A stretch of DNA of 64,000 nucleotides from a virus. The stretch is taken from IMG/VR virus record IMGVR_UViG_3300024255_000001, one strand, 5' to 3'. Positions 19,849 through 29,411 of the stretch are shown one piece after another. How positions within the stretch are numbered: the first letter of the stretch is position 1; each line of letters starts with the position of its first letter. The translations under genes and the position numbers were made by a program. The notes beneath the pieces are model-generated. The model ran no database searches. It saw nothing but the letters and a program-made list of their open reading frames with translations, and was not told where the DNA came from.

Positions 19849-20245
19849 TTTTTTTCAAATCAGCGAAAAGATGGTCTTTAGCAAAAAGTTTTAATTCATT
19901 AAATTCTCTGCTTCCAATCTCGTTCCTGTCCATATATATGGTAACAGCCCTTTCACTTGGAATATATTTATCTGCTTTATTTTTAGCAGCCTTTTTGGTT
20001 TTAGTATAGAACCAACCTGGAACAGATTTGAATCGAGAAGCAACAGTTGCCCAGCATTCTACTACATTACCACCATTAATACCATTAATATTAAATAGTT
20101 GAGCATTACTAGGATATTTAATAGACATAAAACGATTAATCATAAAATGATGCCGCTTCTTTGTACTATTCTTTAATGTATTATATTGGGCTCTTTTCGT
20201 GAACATTATCTTCACGAAGTCAAATAGTTTAGTTTCGTCTAACAT
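19814..20245 (-). CDS. possible clamp-loader small subunit (gp62-like)
   Basis: 143 aa, LFDFV...FMINRFMS...W.YTK pattern, near gp44; weak resemblance. Confidence 0.4.
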   Translation of the reverse strand: MLDETKLFDFVKIMFTKRAQYNTLKNSTKKRHHFMINRFMSIKYPSNAQLFNINGINGGNVVECWATVASRFKSVPGWFYTKTKKAAKNKADKYIPSERAVTIYMDRNEIGSREFNELKLFAKDHLFADLKKIEEQIQVYAKS

Positions 20246-20249
20246 GTTT

Positions 20250-20278
20250 GTTATATGTTAATAAGTGGTAAAGTTTAC
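20250..20278 (-). promoter_or_regulatory. putative middle promoter GTAAAC-N17-TATAAC
   Basis: Motif copy ending 4 nt before the ATG at 20245. Confidence 0.55.
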
Positions 20279-20433
20279 TTACACCACTCGAGGAATGCCA
20301 TATTATATGATTCCTCATAAGAATATCCTTCTTTTAAAAGTTTATTAGCCCATTTGGTAACTTCAGCTTTTAAACCATAAGCATTAGCTTCAGCTAGAAT
20401 TTCTTCAATTAATAAATGTTCATCTAAAGTCAT
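20275..20433 (-). CDS. small hypothetical protein (52 aa)
   Basis: Manual translation MTLDEHLLIEEILAEANAYGLK...YNMAFLEWCK; TAATG coupling to rnh. Confidence 0.55.
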   Translation of the reverse strand: MTLDEHLLIEEILAEANAYGLKAEVTKWANKLLKEGYSYEESYNMAFLEWCK

Positions 20434-21698
20434 TAGAATAACTTTTTAGTTGGATCTTTTTTTGATGTATTCTTAGTCTTTTTACCTACTAACTTCATAG
20501 GAGACTTTGGATCTTCTTTTGGAATATCCATACCTGCGAAAGGGTCTGGTGCAAAGTTAGCTTTCTTAGCTCCTTCTAACCAATCAGTACCTTCTAGTAT
20601 TTTATCCATCTCCATAATAGAATCTTTTGATTCAATTGCTCCTTCCCAATCTCTTTCAATAGCTTCATAGATAGCTTTTTGAATTGGATCTGGGATAGTT
20701 TTATTATGCAATAACATTAAAGCAATATTGGTAGTAAGATTAGTCTTAATTAAAGTAGTATTAGTATGTCCTATTACTCTATAGATAATATCTGATAGAA
20801 TATCTTTTGCTTCTGATGAAAACAAGAAGTCAATTGTAAAGTCGTCATACTCTTTAATGTATTGTTTCCAGATAGTCTCTGCAGTTTTATCTGTGATAGA
20901 ATAGTTTCTAAGTTTACCATTCTTCATTTCTTTTTGCCATGTAACAACTGACTGGATATTATCTGATTTATCACCTACAAGTATTTTCTTAAAGATAAAC
21001 TCATCACAGTCAATCTCTTCTGTTTTAATCTTGTTAGCTTTTATCCAGTCCATAATATCGTTTTGATAATTATCACGCAACATAGACTGACCGCCCATAT
21101 TGAATAACATATCATCATTTGAAATTTCTGCAGTAGCTGAAGTAGTCATATCCATTTCGAAACCTTTATATGCATAAAGTGTTTTCTTAGTATTGTAATA
21201 CCACAATGTATGTGCATCGTTAGTTTGTGAATAGTTAACTAATTGAATTAGATCGCGATCACCTGACCATACAATACATGATTTACCTCTAGCATTTAGA
21301 GCGGCTGACCATCCGAAGATAACATCATCTGCTTCTGCGCCTTGGATCTGGTGTACAGTAACACCCTTGCTTGCTACAATCTTTTGAAATTCTTCATAGA
21401 CTGCATATACCGATGGCCAGTCTACAGTTTGGTTTTGCTTTCTTGTACCTTTATAGTCTGATGCTGGAAATAGATCTTTACGCCAAGACTTTGAGTCTAC
21501 AGCTAATACTACATCATCTACAAACATCTTAAGCTTACGCATCTCTGATGCAAAGTCAATAGATAATTTGCGCATAAACTGCGCTCGTTGTTTATCATCA
21601 GCAAGTAATTTGCCGTGCTTTGGTTTCGGTAATACGAATAGTCTACTGAAGACAAAGTAGTTACCGTCAATTAATAGTGTATGTTTTCCCACTTTCAT
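20433..21698 (-). CDS. rnh: RNase H / 5'-3' exonuclease (T4 rnh-like, FEN family)
   Basis: LLIDGN, SWRK...YKGTR, EADDVI, SGDRDLIQL, GDKSDNI. Confidence 0.92.
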   Translation of the reverse strand: MKVGKHTLLIDGNYFVFSRLFVLPKPKHGKLLADDKQRAQFMRKLSIDFASEMRKLKMFVDDVVLAVDSKSWRKDLFPASDYKGTRKQNQTVDWPSVYAVYEEFQKIVASKGVTVHQIQGAEADDVIFGWSAALNARGKSCIVWSGDRDLIQLVNYSQTNDAHTLWYYNTKKTLYAYKGFEMDMTTSATAEISNDDMLFNMGGQSMLRDNYQNDIMDWIKANKIKTEEIDCDEFIFKKILVGDKSDNIQSVVTWQKEMKNGKLRNYSITDKTAETIWKQYIKEYDDFTIDFLFSSEAKDILSDIIYRVIGHTNTTLIKTNLTTNIALMLLHNKTIPDPIQKAIYEAIERDWEGAIESKDSIMEMDKILEGTDWLEGAKKANFAPDPFAGMDIPKEDPKSPMKLVGKKTKNTSKKDPTKKLF

Positions 21699-21723
21699 AT
21701 CTTATGTTTGTTATGCTTTTCTA

Positions 21724-21752
21724 GTACTAATATACGAAAAATATCTGACATA
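21724..21752 (-). promoter_or_regulatory. putative early promoter TATGTCAG-N10-TATATTAGTAC
   Basis: Identical bipartite motif and spacing at 55431-55459. Confidence 0.55.
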
Positions 21753-21773
21753 GAAAAATTATTTAACACTTTT

Positions 21774-22730
21774 TTAGCCTTTAATTATTCCTTGTATCTC
21801 ATAAACGCAACTTAACATTGTGATTACGGGATCTATTACATGAACTCTCTGCTGTTGGTGTTTAGCTACAGAAATAATGATCTGTGGGATATGCTTAACC
21901 GATTGCAATTGTTCTTGTTGTATATATTCTACAAACTCTTCACCTAACGATTGTAGAATATCATCGACTCTATTAGAATAATTACTAACTAGTAGTTGAT
22001 AGTTTTTAGCTGGATCAGTCTCGTTAAAGACTAATTCAAATACGTCTTTATAGACTGAGTTAAATCTCTTTACATCTCCAACTGTAATATTATTTGTACC
22101 TTGAGTTTTAAACCCTTGTAATTTGTTAAGCGTAGATCTAAGATCTGGGAAGTTACGCCTAACAAATTCTACTAGAGCTTCTTTCTCAATTGTCATTTCT
22201 TCCTGTTTACAAATATCATATACTCTACGAATATACTTCTTTGTTAACTCGGTCTCCTCTTCTTTATCAAAGTCAAAGTTAATAACTTCAAATCTAGATA
22301 GGATTGGGTCTGGCAACTTATTGATATAGTTACAAGTTGCGATAAATCTTGAATTGGATGCAAATTGCTCCATAGTAGCACGAAGTGCTTTAAAGAACTG
22401 ATCTGATACACCATCGACCTCATCTAGGATAACTACCTTGAACATCCCAGGCCCATCCATAATTGAGACTGTAGAACAGAAATCTGTAATTCTAGTTCTA
22501 ATTACATCTACAGAGGTATCTGTGGACGCGTTGATGTACAAATAAGGCAATCCAAACTGATTGACAATGGCTTTTGCAGTAGAGGTCTTACCTGTTCCTG
22601 GTGAGCCTGCAAATAGCATATTCTGGACTAGTCCGTCTTTGAACTTATTCATTACTGCATCAGGCAGTATTAGTTCTTCTAAATTTTTTGGCCGATACTT
22701 CTCGGTAAAAAGTTGGTTTATTGATTGCAT
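21774..22730 (-). CDS. gp44: clamp loader large subunit (gp44/RFC)
   Basis: EKYRP, GSPGTGKT, INAS, ILDEVD, SRF, FPDLR. Confidence 0.95.
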   Translation of the reverse strand: MQSINQLFTEKYRPKNLEELILPDAVMNKFKDGLVQNMLFAGSPGTGKTSTAKAIVNQFGLPYLYINASTDTSVDVIRTRITDFCSTVSIMDGPGMFKVVILDEVDGVSDQFFKALRATMEQFASNSRFIATCNYINKLPDPILSRFEVINFDFDKEEETELTKKYIRRVYDICKQEEMTIEKEALVEFVRRNFPDLRSTLNKLQGFKTQGTNNITVGDVKRFNSVYKDVFELVFNETDPAKNYQLLVSNYSNRVDDILQSLGEEFVEYIQQEQLQSVKHIPQIIISVAKHQQQRVHVIDPVITMLSCVYEIQGIIKG

Positions 22731-22748
22731 ACAACTATAAGTTTAATT

Positions 22749-22778
22749 GTTATAGTATCAGATGGCTAAAATGTTTCA
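22749..22778 (-). promoter_or_regulatory. putative middle promoter TGAAAC-N18-TATAAC
   Basis: Motif copy upstream of gp44. Confidence 0.55.
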
Positions 22779-22780
22779 TA

Positions 22781-22788
22781 GATAAATA
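22781..22788 (+). promoter_or_regulatory. putative late promoter variant GATAAATA
   Basis: 6 nt upstream of the ATG of the only plus-strand gene. Confidence 0.5.
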
Positions 22789-22794
22789 TACTAT

Positions 22795-23289
22795 ATGAGT
22801 ATACGAATTGAGAAGACAGGAGGCCCATGGCCAGCAAACCGATACGGTATTGTTCTAAAGTACTTACCAAGATTCTTAAGAAAGTTTCTAATAACTCACA
22901 GGAATCTTGCTAAATGGTCTGATGATGACCAATTCATGGAATGTGTTTTAAAGATACAGCGACCGAATTCTAGAACTAATACTAAGATTTATTGGGATGT
23001 GATAAATGATAGAGCAATAGATGAAAAAGGTCTAGAGCGTTCATATAATACTATTGATTGGTATTGTGCCATCTCACTTAAACCTATTAGGGCTAAGTTT
23101 ATGAATTTCGATTTAAAGAATTTCATACACCCTGAATATTACGATGTCTTAGAAGCGCCAATGGTGGATAGTCGTATACTTAAATCATCAGTTGACTTTC
23201 GCAAGAAATGCAAAAAACTCCTGCTCGCAGAACGAGAGGAGTTTCTTAAACTTGCTAAAAAGAACGCTAAGTCTAATTTATCTACTTAG
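22795..23289 (+). CDS. hypothetical protein, sole plus-strand gene
   Basis: 164-aa ORF filling a gap with no minus-strand ORF; has its own promoter-like octamer. Confidence 0.7.
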   Translation: MSIRIEKTGGPWPANRYGIVLKYLPRFLRKFLITHRNLAKWSDDDQFMECVLKIQRPNSRTNTKIYWDVINDRAIDEKGLERSYNTIDWYCAISLKPIRAKFMNFDLKNFIHPEYYDVLEAPMVDSRILKSSVDFRKKCKKLLLAEREEFLKLAKKNAKSNLST

Positions 23290-25206
23290 AATTATTTTCA
23301 TTTTATCAGCAATTGACATTGACTCATGCAATTCAATTTTCTGATTTATACCTAAGTCTTCTTTTAAAGACTCCCAAGTTAATTCTTTAGATTCGTTCTT
23401 GGCTTTTTGTTTTTTCTTAATTTCATCGAAGTCTCCATTCTTAACTGCTTTTAAATCTTTTGCAGCCTGGTCTACATCCTTTTGATCTTGAGGAATCTCT
23501 TTATCTTTTAATTCCTTCTCTCTATCTTTAAGATCTTCTTTTTTCTTTTTCAGATCTTCAATTTCATCTTTTGCAACTTGTACTGCAGCTTCTTGGTCAG
23601 AAGATTTAGCCTCTTCGACTTCTTCTTGTGAACCCACAGCCTCTTGATAATTTGATTTTGCAGATCCAACATCGGCCTTTGCATCTTCAATCTCAGTAAC
23701 ATCTCCGCCAAGCTCAGCTTTAGTTAATTTAGCTTGTGCAATTTCTAGTTTTTTTGACATAACATCTGGGTGGTTTCTTGAATTTAATTTATCCATTAAA
23801 CCCGGTAGTTCATCTTCTAACTTCTTAATTTGATCGTCCACTTTCTCAATATCTTCTGCACTAGGTGGATTGGAAGCCGCTACGGTTTCTTTTGCTTTTG
23901 TAATATCACCGTCAACCTTTTTAATTGCATCAGGTATTTCTGCTAATTCTTTCTCATCATCTTGTAATGACTTTTGAGCAGAAGCTAATTTATCTTGAGC
24001 TTTTTTAATTTCAGGATTTTTAGGTTCTTCTTCTTTTCCATCATCTTTCATTAAAGGATTACCACTATCTTCTGTATCGTCTTTAGTACTACCAGCTTTA
24101 GAATCTTTCTTTTCGTAATCTTCGCCCTTTAATGCAGCTCTTTGAGCTTTTAACTCTTCTAGGTAATCTTCTAAGTAGTAAATACCTTCTTGTGTTTTAT
24201 CTTCTTGTTGTTTCGCTGCCGCTAGCTCTGCCTCTAATTTACTTTTTTGTTCCGGATCTGCGTCTGCTAGATCTTTCTTAATATCAGCAATTTTAGATTG
24301 TACAGGTGCAAGATCCTCATCCTTTTCTCTATCAATTTCAATTTGAATTTTCTTAATATCCTCTTCTAACTTAGGATCGACATCTTTTGAAAGCTCTTTA
24401 ATAGCTTCATCTGCCTCTTTAGACTTGGCTCCCATTTTCTTAAGCTCATCAGCAGCCTCTTTTGCAGCATCTGATTTACCCTTTTCTTTTGCAATTCTAC
24501 CCTTTTCTCTTAGGCCTTCTAGCTTTGTTTCGTTAACAATTTTCTTTTTAGTATTAGCATAAAGATCTCCTTCGCTACCACTTGGCATATTCTCCTCATA
24601 CTTCTTTAGGTCTTCATTAGCATCTTCTAAAGCTTGTTTTGCCTGCTCTTTTACTTCTTCGAATTTTTCACTAAGATCTGACTTCTTATCTTTAAGTGCT
24701 TTAATTGTGGCAATTGCTTTTTGTTTGATTGCATCCTTTTTAGGACCAGCAGCTTCATCCCTAGCACGCTTCATTTTATCAATAGAAGCTTCTATTTTTT
24801 TTATTGCATCATATTCTTTAGCAGCAATAATATCTGCATTAGCATTAGAAAGTAAATCTTTATATTTACCTTTTAATAGAGCTATACCCTTTACGAAGTT
24901 GGCCTGTTTCTTAACCCATCCTAAGATTGCGTCTAGACTTTCGTTTAGTGGTCTATTTTCTTGAAAAAAAAAATCTTTATTTACAGTCTCTGTTATTTGC
25001 TTTGATAGTGTTTCTAAATTAGTTAGAATTTTATCCACATCTGCAATAATTTCTGCTCGAACCTTATCTCCTGTAGATTTAACAGTTTTATCAACTGGTA
25101 TAGAAGATGTGCTAGCATTACCTAAGGGTGCGACATTTTGGCCTGGGTTTGAAACCTCACCTGCAGCAAACTCTTCAAATAATTTTACTTTATTGGTTTT
25201 AATCAT
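23278..25206 (-). CDS. K/E-rich coiled-coil protein, probable internal head protein
   Basis: N-terminal KVKLFEEF, LNES/LHES sites, directly downstream of the capsid gene, late promoter at 25235-25242. Confidence 0.55.
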   Translation of the reverse strand: MIKTNKVKLFEEFAAGEVSNPGQNVAPLGNASTSSIPVDKTVKSTGDKVRAEIIADVDKILTNLETLSKQITETVNKDFFFQENRPLNESLDAILGWVKKQANFVKGIALLKGKYKDLLSNANADIIAAKEYDAIKKIEASIDKMKRARDEAAGPKKDAIKQKAIATIKALKDKKSDLSEKFEEVKEQAKQALEDANEDLKKYEENMPSGSEGDLYANTKKKIVNETKLEGLREKGRIAKEKGKSDAAKEAADELKKMGAKSKEADEAIKELSKDVDPKLEEDIKKIQIEIDREKDEDLAPVQSKIADIKKDLADADPEQKSKLEAELAAAKQQEDKTQEGIYYLEDYLEELKAQRAALKGEDYEKKDSKAGSTKDDTEDSGNPLMKDDGKEEEPKNPEIKKAQDKLASAQKSLQDDEKELAEIPDAIKKVDGDITKAKETVAASNPPSAEDIEKVDDQIKKLEDELPGLMDKLNSRNHPDVMSKKLEIAQAKLTKAELGGDVTEIEDAKADVGSAKSNYQEAVGSQEEVEEAKSSDQEAAVQVAKDEIEDLKKKKEDLKDREKELKDKEIPQDQKDVDQAAKDLKAVKNGDFDEIKKKQKAKNESKELTWESLKEDLGINQKIELHESMSIADKMKIILSR

Positions 25207-25269
25207 TTTTCGATATATGTGTTTGTCTATGTTTTATATATCTAGATATTTTTGCTTAATTTTTTATAT

Positions 25270-25298
25270 AAAAAAAGGCCCTCAAAAAGAGGGCCTTT
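25270..25298 (-). terminator. intrinsic terminator after the major capsid gene
   Basis: aaaggccctc/gagggccttt hairpin followed by a T-run. Confidence 0.85.
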
Positions 25299-25326
25299 AA
25301 TATAAAGTTACTAATTGTTATTTAGA

Positions 25327-26700
25327 TTATAGTCTAAAAGCGCCAACAGTAAATTTCTCGTATTGAGTTTGTGGGTGGAATCCAGCTTCAACTAATGCGT
25401 ATCTAGATTTTACAGCTACTTTCGGAGCCATAGTACCTTCAACGATAGCTTGTACTGATTCAGCCATTAAGTAAGGCATGAATACAAGACCTGGACCGTT
25501 ACCGTCACCTTTTCTACCAACTAATACTTCACCAGAGTCAAATGCAACTGAAGGGTCAGTATAGATGTTAATACCTGCTACAGAACCTAAAGGATAGATT
25601 GAACCTGCAACTTGGTTAACAGTGTTAGCCATTGGGTAAGCAACGAAACCTGCTACAGATTGTAAAGCAGATGCCATTTTACCAGCTACAACAGCGAAGT
25701 TACCTGCACCTCTTCTACCGTTTTGCGCGATTAAGTTCGCAGCAGCAAGGATTGAAGTTAAGATAGCTCTGTGTTGGTCAGCGATAGTTTCACCACCAGA
25801 TAAAGCACCAGCAGCAGGAATAGTAAATCCTAAACCGTTAGTAGAACCAGCGATTGATCTCATCTTAGTTAAGATGTGGTTGTTGATAGACTGAGTTAAT
25901 TCGTTAGTTAAAACTGCTTCTACTTGAGCAACAGCGTCAACACCGAATTGTTTTAGATCTTGAACTTGCTCTCTAGTTACAGCAGCAGCTACTTGGAAAG
26001 TCTCTGCAGAAACTGATTTAGAGAATAAGCTTAAGCCCATTACTTTGTCTTCAGTTTGTTCCCCAGTACCTCTATCAAAAGGAGAACCAGCGTCATCAGC
26101 ACCAGAGAAACCAGGAATATGGTCTTCTAAAGCTTTTACTAATTCAGCACCAGCATATCTATCAGCAATGGTTGCTTCATCACCAGCTAACTCATCAACG
26201 ATTCTGATGATTGCTTTACCGTCGATTCTTGAGAAACCAACTCTTACGTCAGTTCCTACTTTATCTGAATTTTTGTCACCATACTTGATGTAAGTTGGAG
26301 TTGTTGAACCAGCTACTTTACCACCTTCGTATACGAAGTCTAGGTAAGATAAAAGACCCATTGGTCCAGCCATAGGTACAACAGGTACTAGGTCTAAACC
26401 GATTGTTTGAGCAGCAACTTGCATTGCTAAAGGTAATAACGTTGGTGATTTGTCACCTGAACCGTTAGCACCTGCACCACCTTGTGCAGTATTGTTACCT
26501 CCTGGGAAGCTTGTTGCTCCCATACCAAAGATGTTACCAGCAGTGCCTAAGGCCATGATGTTTGCATCTTCATAAAGCTTGTGATTGTGGCAGTATTCTG
26601 ACATCCAAGCTAGTTTTGCGCTTTCGTTAATTCCAGTTGCTTCCGAGATAATCGGAGACCAAGTGTTTCTAACTTCAGCTTCATTAATTAAATTTGCCAT
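25327..26700 (-). CDS. gp23: major capsid protein (gp23-like)
   Basis: DLVPVVPMAGPMG, QDLKQ, NELTQSIN, RRGAGNF, FMPY, KSRY motifs. Confidence 0.93.
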   Translation of the reverse strand: MANLINEAEVRNTWSPIISEATGINESAKLAWMSEYCHNHKLYEDANIMALGTAGNIFGMGATSFPGGNNTAQGGAGANGSGDKSPTLLPLAMQVAAQTIGLDLVPVVPMAGPMGLLSYLDFVYEGGKVAGSTTPTYIKYGDKNSDKVGTDVRVGFSRIDGKAIIRIVDELAGDEATIADRYAGAELVKALEDHIPGFSGADDAGSPFDRGTGEQTEDKVMGLSLFSKSVSAETFQVAAAVTREQVQDLKQFGVDAVAQVEAVLTNELTQSINNHILTKMRSIAGSTNGLGFTIPAAGALSGGETIADQHRAILTSILAAANLIAQNGRRGAGNFAVVAGKMASALQSVAGFVAYPMANTVNQVAGSIYPLGSVAGINIYTDPSVAFDSGEVLVGRKGDGNGPGLVFMPYLMAESVQAIVEGTMAPKVAVKSRYALVEAGFHPQTQYEKFTVGAFRL

Positions 26701-26737
26701 TTTGTTAAATTGTTTTTTTTAATGGTTTTGTTTAAGC

Positions 26738-26794
26738 GTTCATTTCTGAACTCGACTTGCTTGGAGTTTCTGCTTCTTACTCCTTTATCGTCGA
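26738..26794 (-). ncRNA. candidate structured 5' leader of the capsid mRNA
   Basis: UCGAC/GUCGA outer stem, GGAGU/ACUCC inner stem with AAGAAGCAGAA loop, then GUUCA-GAAA-UGAAC hairpin. Confidence 0.45.
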
Positions 26795-26799
26795 TTAAT

Positions 26800-26807
26800 T
26801 ATATATC
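26800..26807 (-). promoter_or_regulatory. putative late promoter GATATATA
   Basis: Octamer upstream of the capsid leader. Confidence 0.7.
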
Positions 26808-26808
26808 T

Positions 26809-28962
26809 TTACTTTTTAAATCTTTTCTTTAAGCTTTCAGCGTAGCTAGACACATCGTAAAGTGGCTCGTTCTTCTTCTCAGCAACTGCTGATTCGTTAA
26901 CGGGAGCTAACTTTTCTAGGTCAACTTTTACCTCTCTTAGATCTCTAGTTTCCCAGAAGTTTCTAACTTGATACTCAGTTTTTAGAGTATGGTATTTTGA
27001 TTGAGCTTTGATTTGATTTTGTTTAGACTCAGAAAGAGCTTCGAACTTTTCTTTGTACTCTGCAGGAGCTGCAGTGATAAAGAATGGTTCAGCTGTTTTA
27101 GCTTCTACAACTGCTTCAGCAGATTCAACGATTGCGTTGATTTCGCCCTCAGTCATAAAACCTCTTTTAGCAACTCTTTGTCTAACTTCAGTTTTAGCAT
27201 CTTCGTTTAGAGCGTTATATTTATCTTGAGTTGTGCTAGATACAACTTTAAAGAATGATGGATTTTCATTTTCTTTAACTTGTGCAGCCTCAACTAGAGC
27301 GTCTAACTTAGATGAAATTTCTTTTTTGTAAGTATCTAAAGCAGATTCTTCAACTTCTTCAGTTTCTTCAACTTCTTCAGTCTCTTCAACCTCTTCAGTT
27401 TCTTCAACTTCTTCAGTCTCTTCAACTTCTTCAGTTTCTTCAACTTCTTCAGATTCTTCAACTTCTTCAGTTTCTTCAACTTCTTCAGTCTCTTCAACTT
27501 CTTCAGCTTCTTCTTCAGTAACTTCGTCTTCAACTACTTCTTCAGCACCTTCGCCAGCTTCGTCTTCTTCTTCAACTTCTTCAGTCTCTTCAACTTCACC
27601 TTCTTCGTGATGTGCTTCTTCAGTTTCTTCAACTTCTTCAGTTTCTTCAACTTCCTCAGTTTCTTCAACTTCCTCAGTTTCTTCAACTTCTTCAGTTTCT
27701 TCAACTTCTTCGCCTTCTTCTTCGACTACTTCTTCAGCACCTTCACCAGCTTCGTCTTCTTCAGCAACTTCTTTAGTTTCTTCAACTTCAGTAGCTTCTG
27801 TTTCTTCAACTTCTTCTTCAGCAACCTCTTCAGTTTCTTCAACTTCTTCTTCAGTTACTAAGTTTTCGTTAATTTGAGTAGCAATATATTCTGCATACTC
27901 AGAAACGTTCTGTAGATTTTCTTTCAAATACTCTACATAAGATAATAAGTTCTCAGAAGTTTCAGTACCTTCATTATATTGTTCAGCCAAATAGTTAGAA
28001 AAATCTTTAACTTTGCCAACAGCTTCAGCTAAATGCTCAGAGTATTGAATACCTTGATCTAATTTTTCTGCTACATTTTCTGTATATGAAATACCTTGAT
28101 CGGCTTTTTCAGCTACATGCTCTGTATATTGGATTGACTCGTCTAATTTGCCAGCTAAATACTCTACGTATTCTGAGAGAGTATTAACGCGCTCGACGAT
28201 GTGGTCGTTATGAGACTTTACGCTCTCTAACGTGTTATCTTCGCTATTCGCTCCGATAGACTCTTTAATGCCTTTAATTTCGTTAGCTAAGTACTCAGAA
28301 TACTTGTGGAAATCTTCAGCCTTTACAAATTCTGCCATGTTTTTATTATTATTTGTTTCTATATTGGTTTCTGTAATTTCTTGTGCTACTTCAGGAGCTT
28401 CTACGCGACCGCCGTTCATTTCGTAGATCCATAGGCCTGAGTTATCATCAAAGCCATAAGATTCATTTACTCTCTTTAACTCAGCATTAGCGAATCCAGG
28501 ATCTGCTACTAAGTCATAAGTAAATAATTGCTTGATTTTAACTTTACCGTTAGATTCAACGGCACCAGCTGCTCTAGAAGAGATTTGTAAAGGTACTCCA
28601 GCATCAACAAGAGCTTTAGCTTGTCTACCAGCATCAGTATCTAAAAGTCTAATTTTACCTTTAACTTGTTTGTTATCTTTGTCGTAATAAAGTTCTTCAA
28701 TAATGTGTGAAACATTCTTAAGAGAAACATCAAACTGTTGTGGGTGATCTAATTCACCTAATAGTTTAGAAGATTTAATCTTATCTTGTAATTGCTGAAT
28801 TTGAGGAACATACTCATCTTCAGTGTAGATACGATTATTTTTATTCTTGGAGTCAATTTCTCCGAAGATACCTTCTAGAATGTACTCTTTGTTTTCACCT
28901 TCAGCTACTTTTAACTGAGATGAAGACATTTCTACGATCAATAAGTCGTTTTTGTTTGCCAT
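26809..28962 (-). CDS. gp21: prohead protease (gp21) fused to acidic scaffold/core domain (gp22-like)
   Basis: LEGIF, KNKNNRIY, LGELDHP, VSH, ISSRAAG, YDLVADPGF; followed by helical repeats and a Glu-rich region. Confidence 0.9.
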   Translation of the reverse strand: MANKNDLLIVEMSSSQLKVAEGENKEYILEGIFGEIDSKNKNNRIYTEDEYVPQIQQLQDKIKSSKLLGELDHPQQFDVSLKNVSHIIEELYYDKDNKQVKGKIRLLDTDAGRQAKALVDAGVPLQISSRAAGAVESNGKVKIKQLFTYDLVADPGFANAELKRVNESYGFDDNSGLWIYEMNGGRVEAPEVAQEITETNIETNNNKNMAEFVKAEDFHKYSEYLANEIKGIKESIGANSEDNTLESVKSHNDHIVERVNTLSEYVEYLAGKLDESIQYTEHVAEKADQGISYTENVAEKLDQGIQYSEHLAEAVGKVKDFSNYLAEQYNEGTETSENLLSYVEYLKENLQNVSEYAEYIATQINENLVTEEEVEETEEVAEEEVEETEATEVEETKEVAEEDEAGEGAEEVVEEEGEEVEETEEVEETEEVEETEEVEETEEVEETEEAHHEEGEVEETEEVEEEDEAGEGAEEVVEDEVTEEEAEEVEETEEVEETEEVEESEEVEETEEVEETEEVEETEEVEETEEVEETEEVEESALDTYKKEISSKLDALVEAAQVKENENPSFFKVVSSTTQDKYNALNEDAKTEVRQRVAKRGFMTEGEINAIVESAEAVVEAKTAEPFFITAAPAEYKEKFEALSESKQNQIKAQSKYHTLKTEYQVRNFWETRDLREVKVDLEKLAPVNESAVAEKKNEPLYDVSSYAESLKKRFKK
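27345..27853 (-). repeat. degenerate 18-bp tandem repeat encoding (EETEEV)n
   Basis: Repeated ttcttcaacttcttcagt units; EDEAGEGAEEVV block duplicated. Confidence 0.9.
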
Positions 28963-29024
28963 ATCTATGGTTTATCTATTTTTATTATATATCTTGTTGT
29001 ATTATACAAATATCTTAATATCTT

Positions 29025-29378
29025 TTAGACGCCTGCTAATGGGTCTTCTTCTCCGCCACCAGCATCTGCTTCGGCTTCTTTCTCTTCTTCCTTCTCTTGC
29101 TCAGCGTCCTCTGCCGATTTATCTAAATAATATGCTACTAGAACATCCATCTCACCTTCTGCGAAAGCATCTACTCCATACTCTGCATAGAAGTACTCTT
29201 TAAATTCGCCCTCTGTTTTAGAAGAAGTAATAACTCCTAATATTTCAGCGGATTTGATTGTAGGGCCAGAATCTAATTTTAAGTCTTCGACATAAATTTT
29301 AGAGTCTTCACCTGCCTTCATAGCATCCTCTGCTATAAAATCTTCAAAGGTTTTAATTATTTTAAAATCGTTTTTCAT
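29025..29378 (-). CDS. acidic prohead core / internal protein
   Basis: Between portal and protease; N-terminal IKTFEDFIAE resembles the T4 capsid-targeting sequence; GATATATA at 29383-29390. Confidence 0.55.
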   Translation of the reverse strand: MKNDFKIIKTFEDFIAEDAMKAGEDSKIYVEDLKLDSGPTIKSAEILGVITSSKTEGEFKEYFYAEYGVDAFAEGEMDVLVAYYLDKSAEDAEQEKEEEKEAEADAGGGEEDPLAGV

Positions 29379-29411
29379 AATTTATATATCTCTTTTTCTG
29401 GCGAATCTAGG

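Noticed and set aside
27001-27861. Low-complexity ORFs (LQLLQF, KKLKKL, FFNF) and a possible CRISPR-like array
   Set aside because: Alternate frames of the 18-bp coding repeat; no unique spacers and no cas genes
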